DNA from: the human T2T-CHM13v2.0 reference genome, Homo sapiens
Strand: one strand, 5' to 3'
DNA: 64,000 nucleotides
Assembly (NCBI RefSeq): GCF_009914755.1
Contig: NC_060938.1
Below, in pieces: positions 25,080 through 38,793 of the stretch. Position 1 is the stretch's first letter; the number at the start of each line of letters is the position of its first letter. The notes beneath the pieces were generated by a model. That model saw only the letters and a list, made by a program, of their open reading frames with translations. It did no database searches and had not been told where the DNA came from. A program made the translations under genes and the position numbers.

Positions 25080-27221
25080 CTTGTTAACATTTGATAATGC
25101 CCTTCCAACAAATTCAGCAAATTAGGTGCTAGTTTATACATTATTCTTATTAAAAATAGATGAAATACAGTTTCATTGCCTCCTCCACAATCTTATTTAC
25201 TTAACCAGACCACTTTATTAAAGTGGTTTATACTTGTTCCTAATTGGTATCATCGTATGGAGGTGAAAACAGGAAACAGTCTCAGAAAATATTGAAAACA
25301 ATAATAAATCTATGGGACAGTATCATCAATTCCCAATGTGTTTTATGTAAATAATTATTATTAATAATGTTTCTTTAGTAACTGAGATAAATGAGTACTT
25401 AACTCAATAATTTTATCCTATGAAATAATAGTGGATAATACAAGGACTGAGTTATAGTATCTCCCTTCCACAAATTTCCTATAAGTAAAGCCTTTGTCCA
25501 TAACATGTCAAGCCAGCCCTTCCTCCCTTTTGACACCTGTCTGAACATATATAATCTCAAAGTGTAAATAGAAAAGAATTCAATTCTTACACATTTTTGA
25601 AAAGCAAAAATGATTATTTAAAATCTCATAGTAATACATGGTAAGCTAAGGCAGAAGATAGAAATACAGACAAAAAATAAAGTTTTGATAAGGCTATGTA
25701 GAATGTTCAAGTGGAAATAGAATAATTGTACTTTCTATTCGAATTGCAAGATGGAAACATTTCTATGCCAAATGTGGGAATCATCTGGGAGAGTAATATG
25801 CATACTAAACTTAAATTTAAAAATCCCAAACCAGATTCTAGTTAATTAAAAAGCAGATCTCCACATTCTAACCAGATACAAAGAGAAACAACGATCCAAA
25901 GATAAAATGCATATGTTAAGTGTCTTCTTTTTCATTCACACCAGGAGTACAGGGAGTCCTAATAGGAATCAAGGCAACCTCTTTCCAGATGTTGAAGCAG
26001 TATTCTTCATTTTAGGGATTCATTCACATATGATCCCAAATGAGAGGGATATCTGGAACACTCATCCTAAGTCTAATTGGGGTGATAGCCACTAGCCTCA
26101 CAACCTCAATAACATAAACCAGGGCTATGTATCAGTACATTCTGGAAACTTGAATCACTGCTAGAATGTTCATAGCCCATTTTGTGAGAAAATAGATGTG
26201 TAGTTTCAACAGATAAGTTGTAACTGAAGGAATATTCCAAGTATTCTGAGGAATCTGCACAAGAAACATCTACTGAAAAATGGTAAGACAGATATTTAAT
26301 ACTTTGACCACAGCCTGCTAAATTTTCTTCCATAATTTAAAATCATTTCTTTATGAAATGTCCAGATGCTATCCATTGATTTCACAAATGATGTTTTGCT
26401 ATTTTTTTCAGCTACTTTGCAGGTCAGCATTTGTAAGAAGAAAACAGACAGACAGACTAACCACATTAAGAAGGGCGAACACAAGATAGGCAAATTTTGA
26501 ATTATTTGACATGTTATAGTAAATATTTCACGCTCATAACATCAGTTTGGTTTTCTGAAAAGCACCTCCACCACACAAACTTTTCAGTATATACATTCTT
26601 CCTCTTAAACTGTGAAAATCCAATTGATGTTTTTGTGTATGTGTGTATGTTGATAGTCAAGGAACCCATAAAATAACAATACTAAGAATTTTGAGTGTTA
26701 AGAATAGAAATAATTATATTTTCATAATTAAGATTTAACTTAGAAAAATAACTTCAAAATTAGAGAAATATTCTAAGGATAGTAAACAAAAATCAAAGAG
26801 AAAAATACTTAAAGGGGAAATCCAGACAATTTTGATGAATTAGACCTCTATCTTCTCCAAAATGCAAATGCTTTAAGAGTCAGGTAGGTAATACTCAGGT
26901 AAAACAGACAAGGAGAAGATCACAGAAAATGGGCAGTGTGTGAAGAGGCAGACTAGTATGGTGAATTCAAAAGAACTTATCTCATTCAAAAGAGGAAACT
27001 TGTCTCTAGTGAATTTTAGCCGTGCAGAAATGAAAAATCACGTTATAGCCCTTCTAATTTTTCAGTATAATTTATGACATAAATTTTCATATAAAACGTC
27101 CAGATTCAAAATATTGGCTTTAAAAAGTGAGCACTCTGCAGCCCAATTCAAACAATTTTCTGAGACAAATTTTGCCCTTGGGCCATAGTTTGTTACCTCT
27201 GCATGAAAATGGAGACTTGGC

Positions 27222-27361
27222 GTCAGGATAAATAGCTAATGCGTGCGGGGCTTAATACCTAGGTGATGGGTTGATGGGTGCAGCGAACCACCATGGCACA
27301 AGTTTACCTATATAACAAACCTGCAAGTTCTGCATATGTATCCTGGAACTTAAAATAAAAT
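27222..27361 (+). mobile_element. L1PA 3'-terminal fragment
   Basis: 'aatagctaatgcgtgcggggcttaatacctaggtgatgggttgatgggtgcagcgaaccaccatggcac...gaacttaaaataaaa'. Confidence 0.85.
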
Positions 27362-27377
27362 AACATTTGTAAAATAA

Positions 27378-27470
27378 ATCCTGACAGACTTGCTCAACGT
27401 AGGGTTGCCACAAACCTTCAACTTGTAAAAAACACAGTATCTGCAAAGTACAATAAAGTGCAATGAAACA
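27378..27470 (+). mobile_element. Tigger1 DNA transposon 3' fragment
   Basis: 'gacagacttgctcaacgtagggttgccacaaaccttcaacttgtaaaaaacacagtatctgcaaagtacaataaag'. Confidence 0.75.
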
Positions 27471-29017
27471 AACAAAAAAAAGGAAACAGAAAATGTAGAC
27501 AAGCAAACCCATTCAGAGAAAGAATTGAAGTAAGATGAGTAAAAAATCTTAACACTAATCAAAGAGAACTGGATATAAATAATCATGAATCCACAATTAA
27601 CTTCTAATAGAATAACATAAAATATAAACTCTAGCCATCAGTAGTGAACATACATTCTTAATAATTTATTTTCTTTTGTTGTATCTACAAATATTTTAAT
27701 ACACAATATACAATAATATAAATATTTATTTAATATTAAAAAGTTAAACAGTTTCTTACACACGTAACCATTTTATTTACATTAGCAAGGCACAAGGATA
27801 GATCAGAGAATGTGCTTATACTTTCTGAAAATTATTTTTAGTCAGGAACAACTATGTTATTATCTCAAGAATCTGATAAGAGCATATTTGTAAAGAAGGT
27901 TTTAAATAGTATTTCTCTCATGATGTACATATGCTTAAAATATTGTCTCAATAATTACTATTAACATCTAGAATGGAATATGTAACTCCATAAACCACCA
28001 AATACTTGGATCAATATCTTAAAATTACAACTATTAGAGAAATCCTTTTAAATATTAATAGCTTAGTTATAAATGCAATTTCATAGTAATTTTGAATTTA
28101 TTTTACCTACACTATTTTGTTTAACCCTCAAAACTACTGCATTTTGATGATGTGATTATACATAAATTGAGTTATGAATTAATAAATGAGTTCTCTAAAT
28201 TCACAAACTAGAGCTCAAATTAAAGTTTCTGACTGCCACTCTTTTTGTAATATTTCACAATGCTATGAAGCCCAGTTGAAGACTTTGAAGTTACATATAG
28301 GATTATGTGGTAATGCAAGAGAAAAAGAATGAGTATTCATATGTCATTTGCATTTATTGTCTGGCATAATGTTTAAACAGCAACACTGAATCATCTTCAG
28401 ATATAAAGAAAGTATAAATAATAAATATATTAATAAATAATGTTCTATAACAGGAATTAGAGGGTTTTAGTAAGGCAAATTGCATGCAAAAAATTTAATG
28501 AGGCCAAAGCAAAACATGATGTCTATCACAGATAAAGGCATTTTGATGAGGAAACCCATTGTTGGAATGTAATCGTTATCTTGGCTTTGTAACCCCCTGT
28601 ACCTCATCACTTCAATACCACAGAGAAAGATCATGTGGAAATAAGAAACAATAGAGCACTGTAGGGAATTTTAGTGAGCCACTAATTAATACCAATCTGC
28701 CCGGGCTTTGAACCAATCCAGAAATCACAGGAGAAGTAAGGCAGAAGAGGACCTAATATCATCTCAATTACTGATAAAGAATGTGACTCTACTTTAAGAT
28801 AATTTGGTCCCCCCACCCCCTGTCCTCCCAAAAAATAAAATTAGAGTAACTTACTCTCTAAACCCGTTTGTACTAGACCAGGCTAGGGCCAGTCTCTCTT
28901 TTTAGGGACTTTATTCCTGACATTCTTTTAAACATGGAGAAAAGAATAAAACTTGCTTCCCACAGGTAGCTTACTCCAAGGAAAAGGAGAGAGATTAAGT
29001 CATTTTTCACCAAGGAG

Positions 29018-29090
29018 GAGTGAGTGAGTGAGTGAGTGAGTGAGTGAGTGAGTGAGTGAGTGAATGAGTGAGTGAGTTAGTGAGTGAGTG
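29018..29090. repeat. (GAGT)n tetranucleotide microsatellite
   Basis: Direct reading; about 18 units with two interruptions. Confidence 0.95.
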
Positions 29091-29377
29091 GATTGAAGAG
29101 TAGTAGACTACAGTCTCCTACCATAGGAAGTAGAAATTAAATTTGGGAATAAATCCCTTCTGAGAGACCCAAGTGGGGCATGAGGTACAAATTACGGTGA
29201 AGACAGGAAAAATGGGAAAGAGCAGAACAAAAGCTTAGGGTGTATCCACAGCATATGGAGGGAACACTGGGTTGTTCCCTCTCAGTTTTGATAAAATTGT
29301 CCTGTAAGCATTAAACTATAAATTCAAAAGGCAACTGTTCAGTTGAAGGTATTCAATTGTCCTCAGTGGGAAAGAAA

Positions 29378-29781
29378 ATCTTCCAAGCTAGGTCATAAAA
29401 AGTATGATAAAGTACACCTTGGTCTTTTGCATCACTCCTTCTAGGGGTAAGCCAGCTACCATACTGTGAAAACACTCAAGCAGCATCATTGAAGGACCTG
29501 CATGGAGAGAAATTGAGGTCTCCACTCAACTAGCAAGTACCATATTCCCAGCCATGCATATGAGTTACATTGGAAGTGAATCAGCAGCTCCCTTCCAGCC
29601 TTCAGATGACTATAGCAGCAGTTGACATTAAACAACAATCTCACAAGACACACCCAGGTTAGAATCTCTCTGCTGACCCATGCTCAAGTTCCACAGGAAT
29701 CATGATAAATATAAATGATTATTATGATTTAAGTCATTAAATTGTAGAGTAATTTTTAATGCAGCATTAGATAACTAATAT
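29378..29781 (+). mobile_element. MaLR LTR fragment (MLT1F/G-like)
   Basis: 'cttccaagctaggtcataaaa...gccagctaccatactgtga...cagccttcagatgactatagc...gcagcattagataactaata'. Confidence 0.7.
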
Positions 29782-32061
29782 GGGTTGATATGTTGTTTTC
29801 TAATACATATTTCCTCTCAGTTATAGCTAGCTATTATTGAATAACTTAAAAAATAGTACCAATTCTATATAGAAAATATCTAAGTTATATATGCATATAA
29901 ATGTGAATATAAATATAGATACATAAACTCATTTAATCATTAATTCAAACCTACTATTACCTCCATCTTATAAATGTAGAATCTGGGACACAGAGAGAAA
30001 CTTGGCCAAGATCACACAGGTAGAAATGATCAGAACTGGGATGCATTTTCTTAACCACTAAGCTATATTACCTCTTTGTCCACAAAAAGGAATAAATAAA
30101 TCAATGTCTCTGAGCCTAGGACAGAGTGGAGAACTCACCATGCTAAATGTTCCCTTTCTTCTGTCTTTGCATCTAACTACCTGAACTTGCCTAGCAATAT
30201 CTGAATTATTCTCAAAATGCACATACTTGTGGTGTACCAGGACTGACAGAGGAGGGACACAGTGGAGGAAGATTACTAATTATTCCTAATTATACCAGAT
30301 GGGAGCAGAGAGGAGGACAAGAAGAACCTGAAAGGTGAAGACAAACTTTTCCTTCACAATGTCAAAATGTTTTCTTGACACAAGAAAGAGAAGGCTATTG
30401 TATTGACTTTTATTATATTCAATTTCCAACCTCATGACTCCTCTACACTTGGTCACTCAGTGATTCAGCAAGATATTGGCTTCTTGAAATGGGTGGTTAA
30501 TCCTTTCAAGCTTCATATTTTTGCATTTCTATTTAAAGACCTAGCCTACAGCATTTTGAGACTCACAACCCAGAAAACAGAGAACTTTGATTTAATTATT
30601 TGGTAATGTTCTCAGGCATAGTTGGCTTTTTTGATGAAAACAAAAGCTTGATTAAATTAGCAAACTGTGAAAAGGGCTGTCATATTAACCACTTACTGTT
30701 TTCTAAACATCTTATTTAATGTCATATAAAATGTGCACATGCAATTTCTGTCAAAATGAAAAAAATAAAGCAAATAATTCATTTTTTAAAAAACAAATTA
30801 GTATTTATAATTAAGCATGAGCATGTCCTCTATCATAATGAATTGCAATCCCATCTCTGTCCATTTCATCATAAGAAGAATGGGTCAAGAATAATGCATA
30901 TATTTTACAATCTTATTTTATTCTATAAAATAAGCTACCTTTAAAAGGCAATATGATTGTAAAGTCTACAGACCTGGATTAAAAGTTCAATTCCATCATT
31001 TATTACTTTGAGTTAAACACCATGTGTAGCTGTTATTGTTCATAATTATTTACTCCCTTCCTATAAGAGGATTACATTCCCAATGATTCCCAACAGTTGT
31101 ATTGCCTACTGTAGAAAAAGTATAAATGCCCACCTCACTGACACTGAGCTTGACCATGTGACTTGCTTTGGCCAATGGAATGAGCAGATATGACATTTAC
31201 TAAGTTTGAGCAGAAGTTTCAAAAGTCATTTTTTACAAGCTGACTTCCTCTTTTCCCTTTGAAATGAGAATTGCATTTTCCAAACAGACGCTGATTGTTT
31301 ATACTGGCTCCTTGAATAAGTATTGGCTCACACAAATGAACATATAATGTAAATAAGAAAATCGTTCTCATTGGAAGTCACTGAGTTTGTATTTTAAACA
31401 CATGAACGCACATGGTAAGAAATACACATTATATTAATTATATTATTCTCTGTTTATCAAAGGTTAATAGTAACTTGAGTCTTAGCATCACTCTTACCCT
31501 TAAATACATGCTCAGGAAATGGTAGATTATCTACCTGAAAACCTGCATGTGGCCTTCATAAAAAATTGCAGTAACTCAAGCAAAGAATTGTTATTTTATT
31601 TGGCACGAGATTGTTATGATTTTGAAAGGTATCTTGAGTTCATATAAATGAATTCCAATTATGGCCCTGCCACTAACCTCTATCATTGACTCTCTTTTTC
31701 CATCAGCTGTCACATATATGAGATGGAGGCAATAATACCAATCCTACCTCCTATCAGGGTGAGTGAATGGCTTAAGTGAGAGGGCAGATGATAAACTTCT
31801 GGGAGCAGCTCTGATACAGAAGAGAAAGCATGGATCTAAGTAATGGTACTCTTCCTAAATTTGAGGTCTGATTCCACTTTTTACAAGAGGTATGAAAATA
31901 AGTATATTACAGCATCTATGAGTCGATAAATTTATTAATCTAAACACAGGTTGTTGACTCACAAGTTGAGTCAAATAAGATGATGTGATTTATTATGTAA
32001 ATATAAATTATTGGCCTTATCATCAACACAACACTTTATTCTAATATCTTAAAGAAAACAT

Positions 32062-34165
32062 GTTGATCTATTTTTCTACCACTACCATCCTGTTTCTGTT
32101 ACTATAGCCTTGCAGTATAATTTCAGGTCAGGTAATATGATGGCTCTATGTTTTTTTATTTTTCCTTGGGATTACTTAGGCTATTTGAGCATTTTTCATT
32201 TCCATATGGATTTTAGATTTTTTTTAATACTGTGAAAAATGACATTATTATTTTGATAGGAATTGTTTTTAATCTGTATATTCCTTTGGGCAGTATGGTT
32301 ATGTTAACAATACTAATCCTTTCAATCCATAAGTATGGGACTTTTTTTATTTGTGTCATCTACAATTTCTTTTATCAGCGTTTTGTAGTGTCTTTCATAG
32401 AAATCTTTCACCTTCTTGGTTAAATATATTCCAGTAATAAAGCCACACACAGTCAACTGCTCTTTGACAAAGTTGACAAGAACATACATTGCAGAAAGGA
32501 CAGCCTTTTCAATAAATGGTGCTGAGAACATTGGATAGCCACATGCAGAAGAATGAAACTTCAATCCTATCTTTTTCGCCATATGCAAAAATCAACTCAA
32601 GATGGATTAAAGTCTTAAATGTAAGACTTGAAACTATAAATATCCTAGAATAAAACCTAGGGAAAGCTCTTCTTGACATTAACATCAGCAAAGAATTCAT
32701 GAAGCAAAAGCAGAGGCAACAAAACCAAAAATAGACAAATGGGATTTATTAAACTAAAAAGCTTCTGCATAGCAAAAGAAATAACTAACAGAGTAAACAG
32801 ACAACATGAAGAATAAGAAAAATATTTGCAAACTACACATCCAACAAGAGATTAATATCCAGCATAGACAAGGAACTGAAACAACTCAACAACAAACAAA
32901 TAATCCCATTAAAAAGTGGGCAAAGCTCACACCAGTTAGAATGGCAATCATTAAAAAGTCAGGAAACAACAGGTGCTGGAGAGGATGTGGAGAAATAGGA
33001 ACACTTTTACACTGTTGGTGGGACTGTAAACTAGTTCAACCATTGTGGAAGTCAGTGTGGCAATTCCTCAGGGATCTAGAACTAGAAATACCATTTGACC
33101 CAGCCATCCCATTACTGGGTATATACCCAAAGGACTATAAATCATGCTGCTATAAAGACACATGCACACGTATGTTTATTGCGGCACTATTCACAATAGC
33201 AAAGACTTGGAACCAACCCAAATGTCCAACAATGATAGACTGGATTAAGAAAATGTGGCACATATACACCATGGAATACTATGCAGCCATAAAAAATGAT
33301 GAGTTCATGTCCTTTGTAGGGACATGGATGAAATTGGAAATCATCATTCTCAGTAAACTATCGCAAGAACAAAAAACCAAACACCGCATATTCTCACTCA
33401 TAGGTGGGAATTGAACAATGAGAACACATGGACACAGGAAGGGGAACATCACACTCTGGGGACTGTTGTGGGGTGGGGGGAGGGGGAAGGGATAGCTTTA
33501 GGAGATATACCTAATGCTAAATGACGAGTTAATGGGTGCAGCACACCAGCATGGCACATGTATACATATGTAACTAACCTGCATATTGTGCACATGTACC
33601 CTAAAACTTAAAGTATAATAATAATAAAATAAAATTTTAAAAAAAGTGGGCAAAGAAGATGAATAGATATTCTTCAAAAGAATACATACAAATGGTCAAC
33701 AAGCCTAAGAAAAAATGCACATTGCTGCTAATCATCAGAGCAATGCAAATTAAAAACACAATGGCATATTAAATGTACACCAATCAGAATGTTATTATTA
33801 AAATGACTAATAATAACACATGTTGGTGATGATGCAGAGAAAAGAAAAGTCGTACCCTTTTGTTGGGAATGTAAATTAGTACAGCCTCTACGGGAAACAG
33901 TAGGGAGATATCCCAAAGAATTAAAAATTGCACTATTGTTTGATTGGCAACCCCACTACTGCGTATTTCCCCAAAGGAAAAGAAATCATTATAACAAAAG
34001 GATAACTGTACTCATGTGTTTATTGCAGCACTATTCACAATAGCAAATATGTGGAATCAACCAAAGTACCTATCAACAGCTTGGATTAAAACTGTGGTAT
34101 ATATGCACAATGGAATACTAATCAGCCATTAAAAATTTTGAAACCACATATTTTGCAGCACCATG
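32062..34165 (+). mobile_element. Old L1 (L1PB/L1MA-type) with 5' inversion; its 3' end is missing
   Basis: 32062-~32432 is antisense ORF2. Sense ORF2 resumes at ~32433 from the adjacent L1 position, is split by the young insert, resumes at 33656 and stops at 'tttgcagcaccatgg'. Confidence 0.8.
32926..33640 (+). mobile_element. Young 5'-truncated L1PA (L1PA2/3-like), intact ORF2 C-terminus plus 3'UTR
   Basis: Encodes [35 protein letters not shown]...HRIFSLIGGN*. 3'UTR lacks the L1HS-Ta ACA diagnostic. Perfect 15-bp TSD aaaaagtgggcaaag (32911-32925 / 33641-33655) at a TT/AAAA site. Confidence 0.95.
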
Positions 34166-37100
34166 GTCTCTGACAAAGCAGACTTTAAACCAACAAAGAT
34201 CAAAAAAGACAAAGAAGGGTATTGCATAATAGTAACGGGATCAATTCAACAAGAAGAGCTAACTAACCTAAATATATATGCACCCAATACAGGAGCACCC
34301 AAATTCATAAAACAAGTTCTTAGAGACCTACAAAGAGACTTAGACTCCTACACAATAATAGTGGGAGACTGTAACACCCCACTGTCAATATTAGACAGGT
34401 CAATAAGTCAGAAAATTAACAAGGATATTCAGGACTGGAACTCAGCTCTGGATCAAATGGACCTAATAGACATCTACAGAACTCTCCATGCCAATCAACA
34501 GAATAGACATTATTCTCAGTGCCACATGGCAATTATTCTAAAATCAACCACATAATTGCAAGTAAAACATTCCTCAGCAAATGCAAAAAACTGAAATCAT
34601 AACAGTCTCTCAGACCACAGTGCAATCAAATTAGAACTCAGGATTAAGAAACTCACTCAAAACCACACAACTACATGGAAATTGACCAACCTGCTCCTGA
34701 ATGACTCCTGGGTAAATAATGAAATTAAGGCATAAATAAAGAAGTTATTTGAAACCAATGAGAACAAAAAGACAATGTGCTAGAATCTCTGGGACACAGT
34801 TAAAGCAGTGTTAAGAGGAAAGTGTATAGCACTAAAGGCCCACATCAGAAAGCTAGAAAGATCTCAAATTGACACCCTAACATCACAATTAAAAGAGCTA
34901 AAGAAGCAAGAGCAAACAATTCCGAAAGCTAGAAGAAGACAAGAAATAATTAAGATCAGAGCAGAACTGAAGAAGATGGAGACACGAAAAGCCCTTCAAA
35001 AAAATCAATAAATTCAGGAGCTGGCTTTTTGAAAAAATTAACAAAATAGATAGATCACTAGACAGACTAATAAAAAAGAGAGAAGAATCAAAGTGACACA
35101 ATAAAAATTATAAACAGGATATCACCACTGACCCCAAAGAAGTAAGAAATATCATCAGAAAATACTATAAACACCTATATGCGAATAAACTAGAAAATCT
35201 AGAAGAAATGGATAAATTCCTGGACACACACACCCTCCAAGACTAAACCAGGAAGAAGTTGAATCCCTGAATAGATCAATAACAAGTTCTGAAATGAAGG
35301 CAGTAATTAATAGCCTACCAACCATAAAAAGCCAAGGATTAGATGAATTCACAGCCAAATTCTACCAGAGGTACAAAGAGAGGCTTATACCATTCCTTCT
35401 GAAACTATTCCAAACACTTGAAAAAGAGGGACTCCTCCCTAACTCATTTTATGAGGCCAGCATTATCCTGATACCAAAATCTGGCAGAGACACACACAAA
35501 AAAAATTAAAACTTTGTGCCAATATCCCTAATAAATATCGATGCGAAAATCCTCAATAAAAACTGGCAAACTGAATCCAGCAGCACTTCAAAAAGCTTGC
35601 CCACCAAGATCATGTTGGCTTCATCCCTGGGATGCAAGCCTGCTTCAACATATGCAACTCAATAAACTTAATCCATCACATAAACAGAACCATAACAAAA
35701 ATCACATGATTATCTCGATACAGAAAAAGCTTTTGATAAAATTCAACATCCCTTTATGTTAAAAACCCTCAATAAACTAGCTATCAATGGAACATATCTC
35801 AAAATAATAAGAGCTACTTATGACAAACCCGGAGCCAATATCATACTGAATGGGCAAAAGCTGGAAGCATTCCCTTTGAAAACCAGCACAAAACAAGGAT
35901 GCCCTCTCTCTCCACTCCTATTCAACATAGTATTGGAAGTTCTGGCCAGGGCAATCAGGCAAGAAAAAGAAATAAAGTGTATTCAAATAGGAATAGAGAA
36001 AGTCGAATTGTATCTGTTTGCACACAACATGATTCTATGTTTAGAAAGTCACATCATCTCAGCCCCAAAACTCCTCAAGCTGATAAGCAACTTCAGCAAA
36101 GTCTTAGGATACAAAATCAATGTGCAAAAATCACAAGCATTCCTATAAACCAACAATAGACAAGCAGAGAGCCAAATCATGAATTAACTTTCATTCACAA
36201 TTGCTAAAAAGAGAATAAAATACCTAGGAATACAGCTAACAAGGGATGTAAAGGACCTTTTCAAGAACTACACATCCCTGCTCAAGGAAATAAGAGAGGA
36301 CACAAACAAACAAACAAACAAAATTCCATCCTCATGGATAGGAAGAATCAATATCATGAAAATGGCCATACTGCCCAAAGTAATTTATAGATCCAATGCT
36401 ATTCCCATCAAAATACCATTGACATTCTTCACAGAAATAGAAAAAAAAACTACTTTAAAAATCATATGGAACCATATGGAACCAAAAAAGAGCTCATATA
36501 GCCAAGACAATCCTAAGCAAAAAGAACAAAGCTGGAGGCATCGTGCTACCTGACTTCAAACTATACTACAAGGCTACAGTAAGCAAAACAGCATCGTACT
36601 TGTAGCAAAGCAAACATATAGACCAATGCAACAGAATATAGACCTCAGACATAAGACCACACATCTACAACCATCTGATCTTCGACAAATCTGACAAAAA
36701 CAAGAAATGGGGAAGGGATTCCCTATTTAATACATGGTGCTGGGAAAACTGGCTAGCCATATGCAGATAACTGAAACTAGACCCATTCCTTACACCTTAT
36801 ACAGAAATTAACTCAAGATGGATTAAAGACTTAAGTGTAAAACCCAAAACCATAAAAACCCTAGAAGAAAACCTAGGCAGTATCATTCAGGACATAGACA
36901 TGGGCAAAGACTTCATGACAAAAATGCCAAAAGCAATTGCAACAAAAACCGAAATTGACAAATGGGATCTCACTAAAGAGCTTCTGCATAGCAAAACAAA
37001 CTATCACCAGAGTGAACAGGCAACCTACAGAATAGGAGAAAATTTTTGTAATCTATCCATCTGACAAAGGTATAATATCCAGAATCTACAAGGAACTTAG

Positions 37101-37990
37101 AGAAATTTACGATAAAAAAAAACCTCATTAAAAAGTGGGCAAAGAATATGAGCAGACACTTCTCAAAAGAAGACATGTATGTGGCCAAAAACATATGATA
37201 AGAAGCTCAAAATCACTGATAATTACAGAAATGCAAATGAAAACCACAAGAAGATACCATCTCATACCAGTCAGAATGGCATTTATTAAAATATCAAGAA
37301 ACAATAGATGTGGGTGAGGCTGTGGAGAAATAAAGAATGCTTTTACACTGTTGGTGAGAATGTAAATTAGTTCATTTATTGTGGAAGGCAGTGTGATGAT
37401 TCCTCAAGGATCTGGAACCAGAAATACCATTTGACCCAGCAATCCCATTATTGGGTATACACCCAAAGGAATATAAATAATTCTACTATAAAGATACATG
37501 CACATGTATGTTTATTGCAGCACTGTTTACAATAGCAAAGACATGGAACCAACCCAAATGCCTATGAATGCTAGACTGGATAAAGAAAACGTGGTATATA
37601 TACACTATGGAATACTATGCAGTCACAACAAGGAATGAGATCATGTCTTTTGCAGGGACATGGATGAAGCTGGAAGCCATCATTCTCAGCAAACTAACAC
37701 AGGAACAGAAAGCCAAACACTACATGTTCTCACTCATAAGTGGGAGCTGAACAATGAGAACACATGGACACAGGGAGGGGAACAACACACTCCAGGGCCA
37801 GGTGGTGGGTAGGGGGCAAGGAGAGGGAGAGCATTATGACAAATACCTAATGCATGCAAGGCTGACAACCTAGTTGACACGTTGATAGGTGCAGCAAACC
37901 ACCATGGTACACATATACCTATGTAACAAACCTACATGTTCTGCACTTGTATCCTGGAACTTAAAGTAAAATTTAAAAAAAAGAAATAAA
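34166..37990 (+). mobile_element. 5'-truncated ~3.8-kb L1PA (L1PA8/10-like), disrupted ORF2
   Basis: ORF fragments VSDKADFKPTKIKKDKEG..LNIYAPNTGAP (endonuclease), [28 protein letters not shown] (RT, FADD decayed), C-terminus HYMFSLISGS; 3'UTR and A-tail. Confidence 0.93.
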
Positions 37991-38763
37991 GTTATACATC
38001 TATTCAATATAACGAGTGCCAATGCACACACTTAATTGGTATTTTGAACATTTTCATTGTCTTTATCCACTCATCCATTCCCAACTATTCTTATCAAACT
38101 TGAAATCAAACTAGATATGAATCCTGATGCTTTGCATTATGGGTGATACCACCCATCCTCCCCAGCCCCACACATCTATTACAAAGTTCTAATTTGTTTG
38201 TGGATTTCAATAAGAGTTTTCCTGGCACATAAATTAAGCACATGCTGATCTGAACAATTCCATTAGTACTCAGCCAAACAAAAATATTTAATAGGTTCGA
38301 GATTATGGTCCTCATATGAGAACATAACCAATAATTTTATCATCTTCTAACTAATTTGTGATTGGCAACTTAATCCATTATTTAGCTATAAGGAGAGAAA
38401 ATCAGCATTCATAATAATCTCCAAATTGTATTTGAAGTATTATAAAGTTTTACGTGTGATTTCTATTTACAATTAGTTGGAATTGTGTAAAGATGCAATA
38501 AAATTAGTTTACTATTTTGGACCATGCACACATCTTGAATACAACTTATTATAAAATGAAAATTTGGGTAATCAAAAGCTGTTTATATCAACAACAATCA
38601 TAAAGAAAAAATAAATTCAAGACTAATTTTTCTTTAATCTGACCTGTATAGACCCCTTTTTTTTGCCAGACTACCATGCATTTCTCTGTAAGGACCACAA
38701 CAAGTATGTGATGGTAACAGTTTAAAAACGCAGTGTCCTGGTTTCTTTTACACCTCCCTTCAC

Positions 38764-38793
38764 TACACACACACACACACGCACACACACACA
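38764..38793. repeat. (CA)n microsatellite
   Basis: Direct reading. Confidence 0.9.

Noticed and set aside
34163-37750. Multiple L1 ORF2 fragments as a functional retrotransposon
   Set aside because: 5'-truncated, with no promoter or ORF1, many frameshifts, and the RT catalytic motif decayed (FAHNM).
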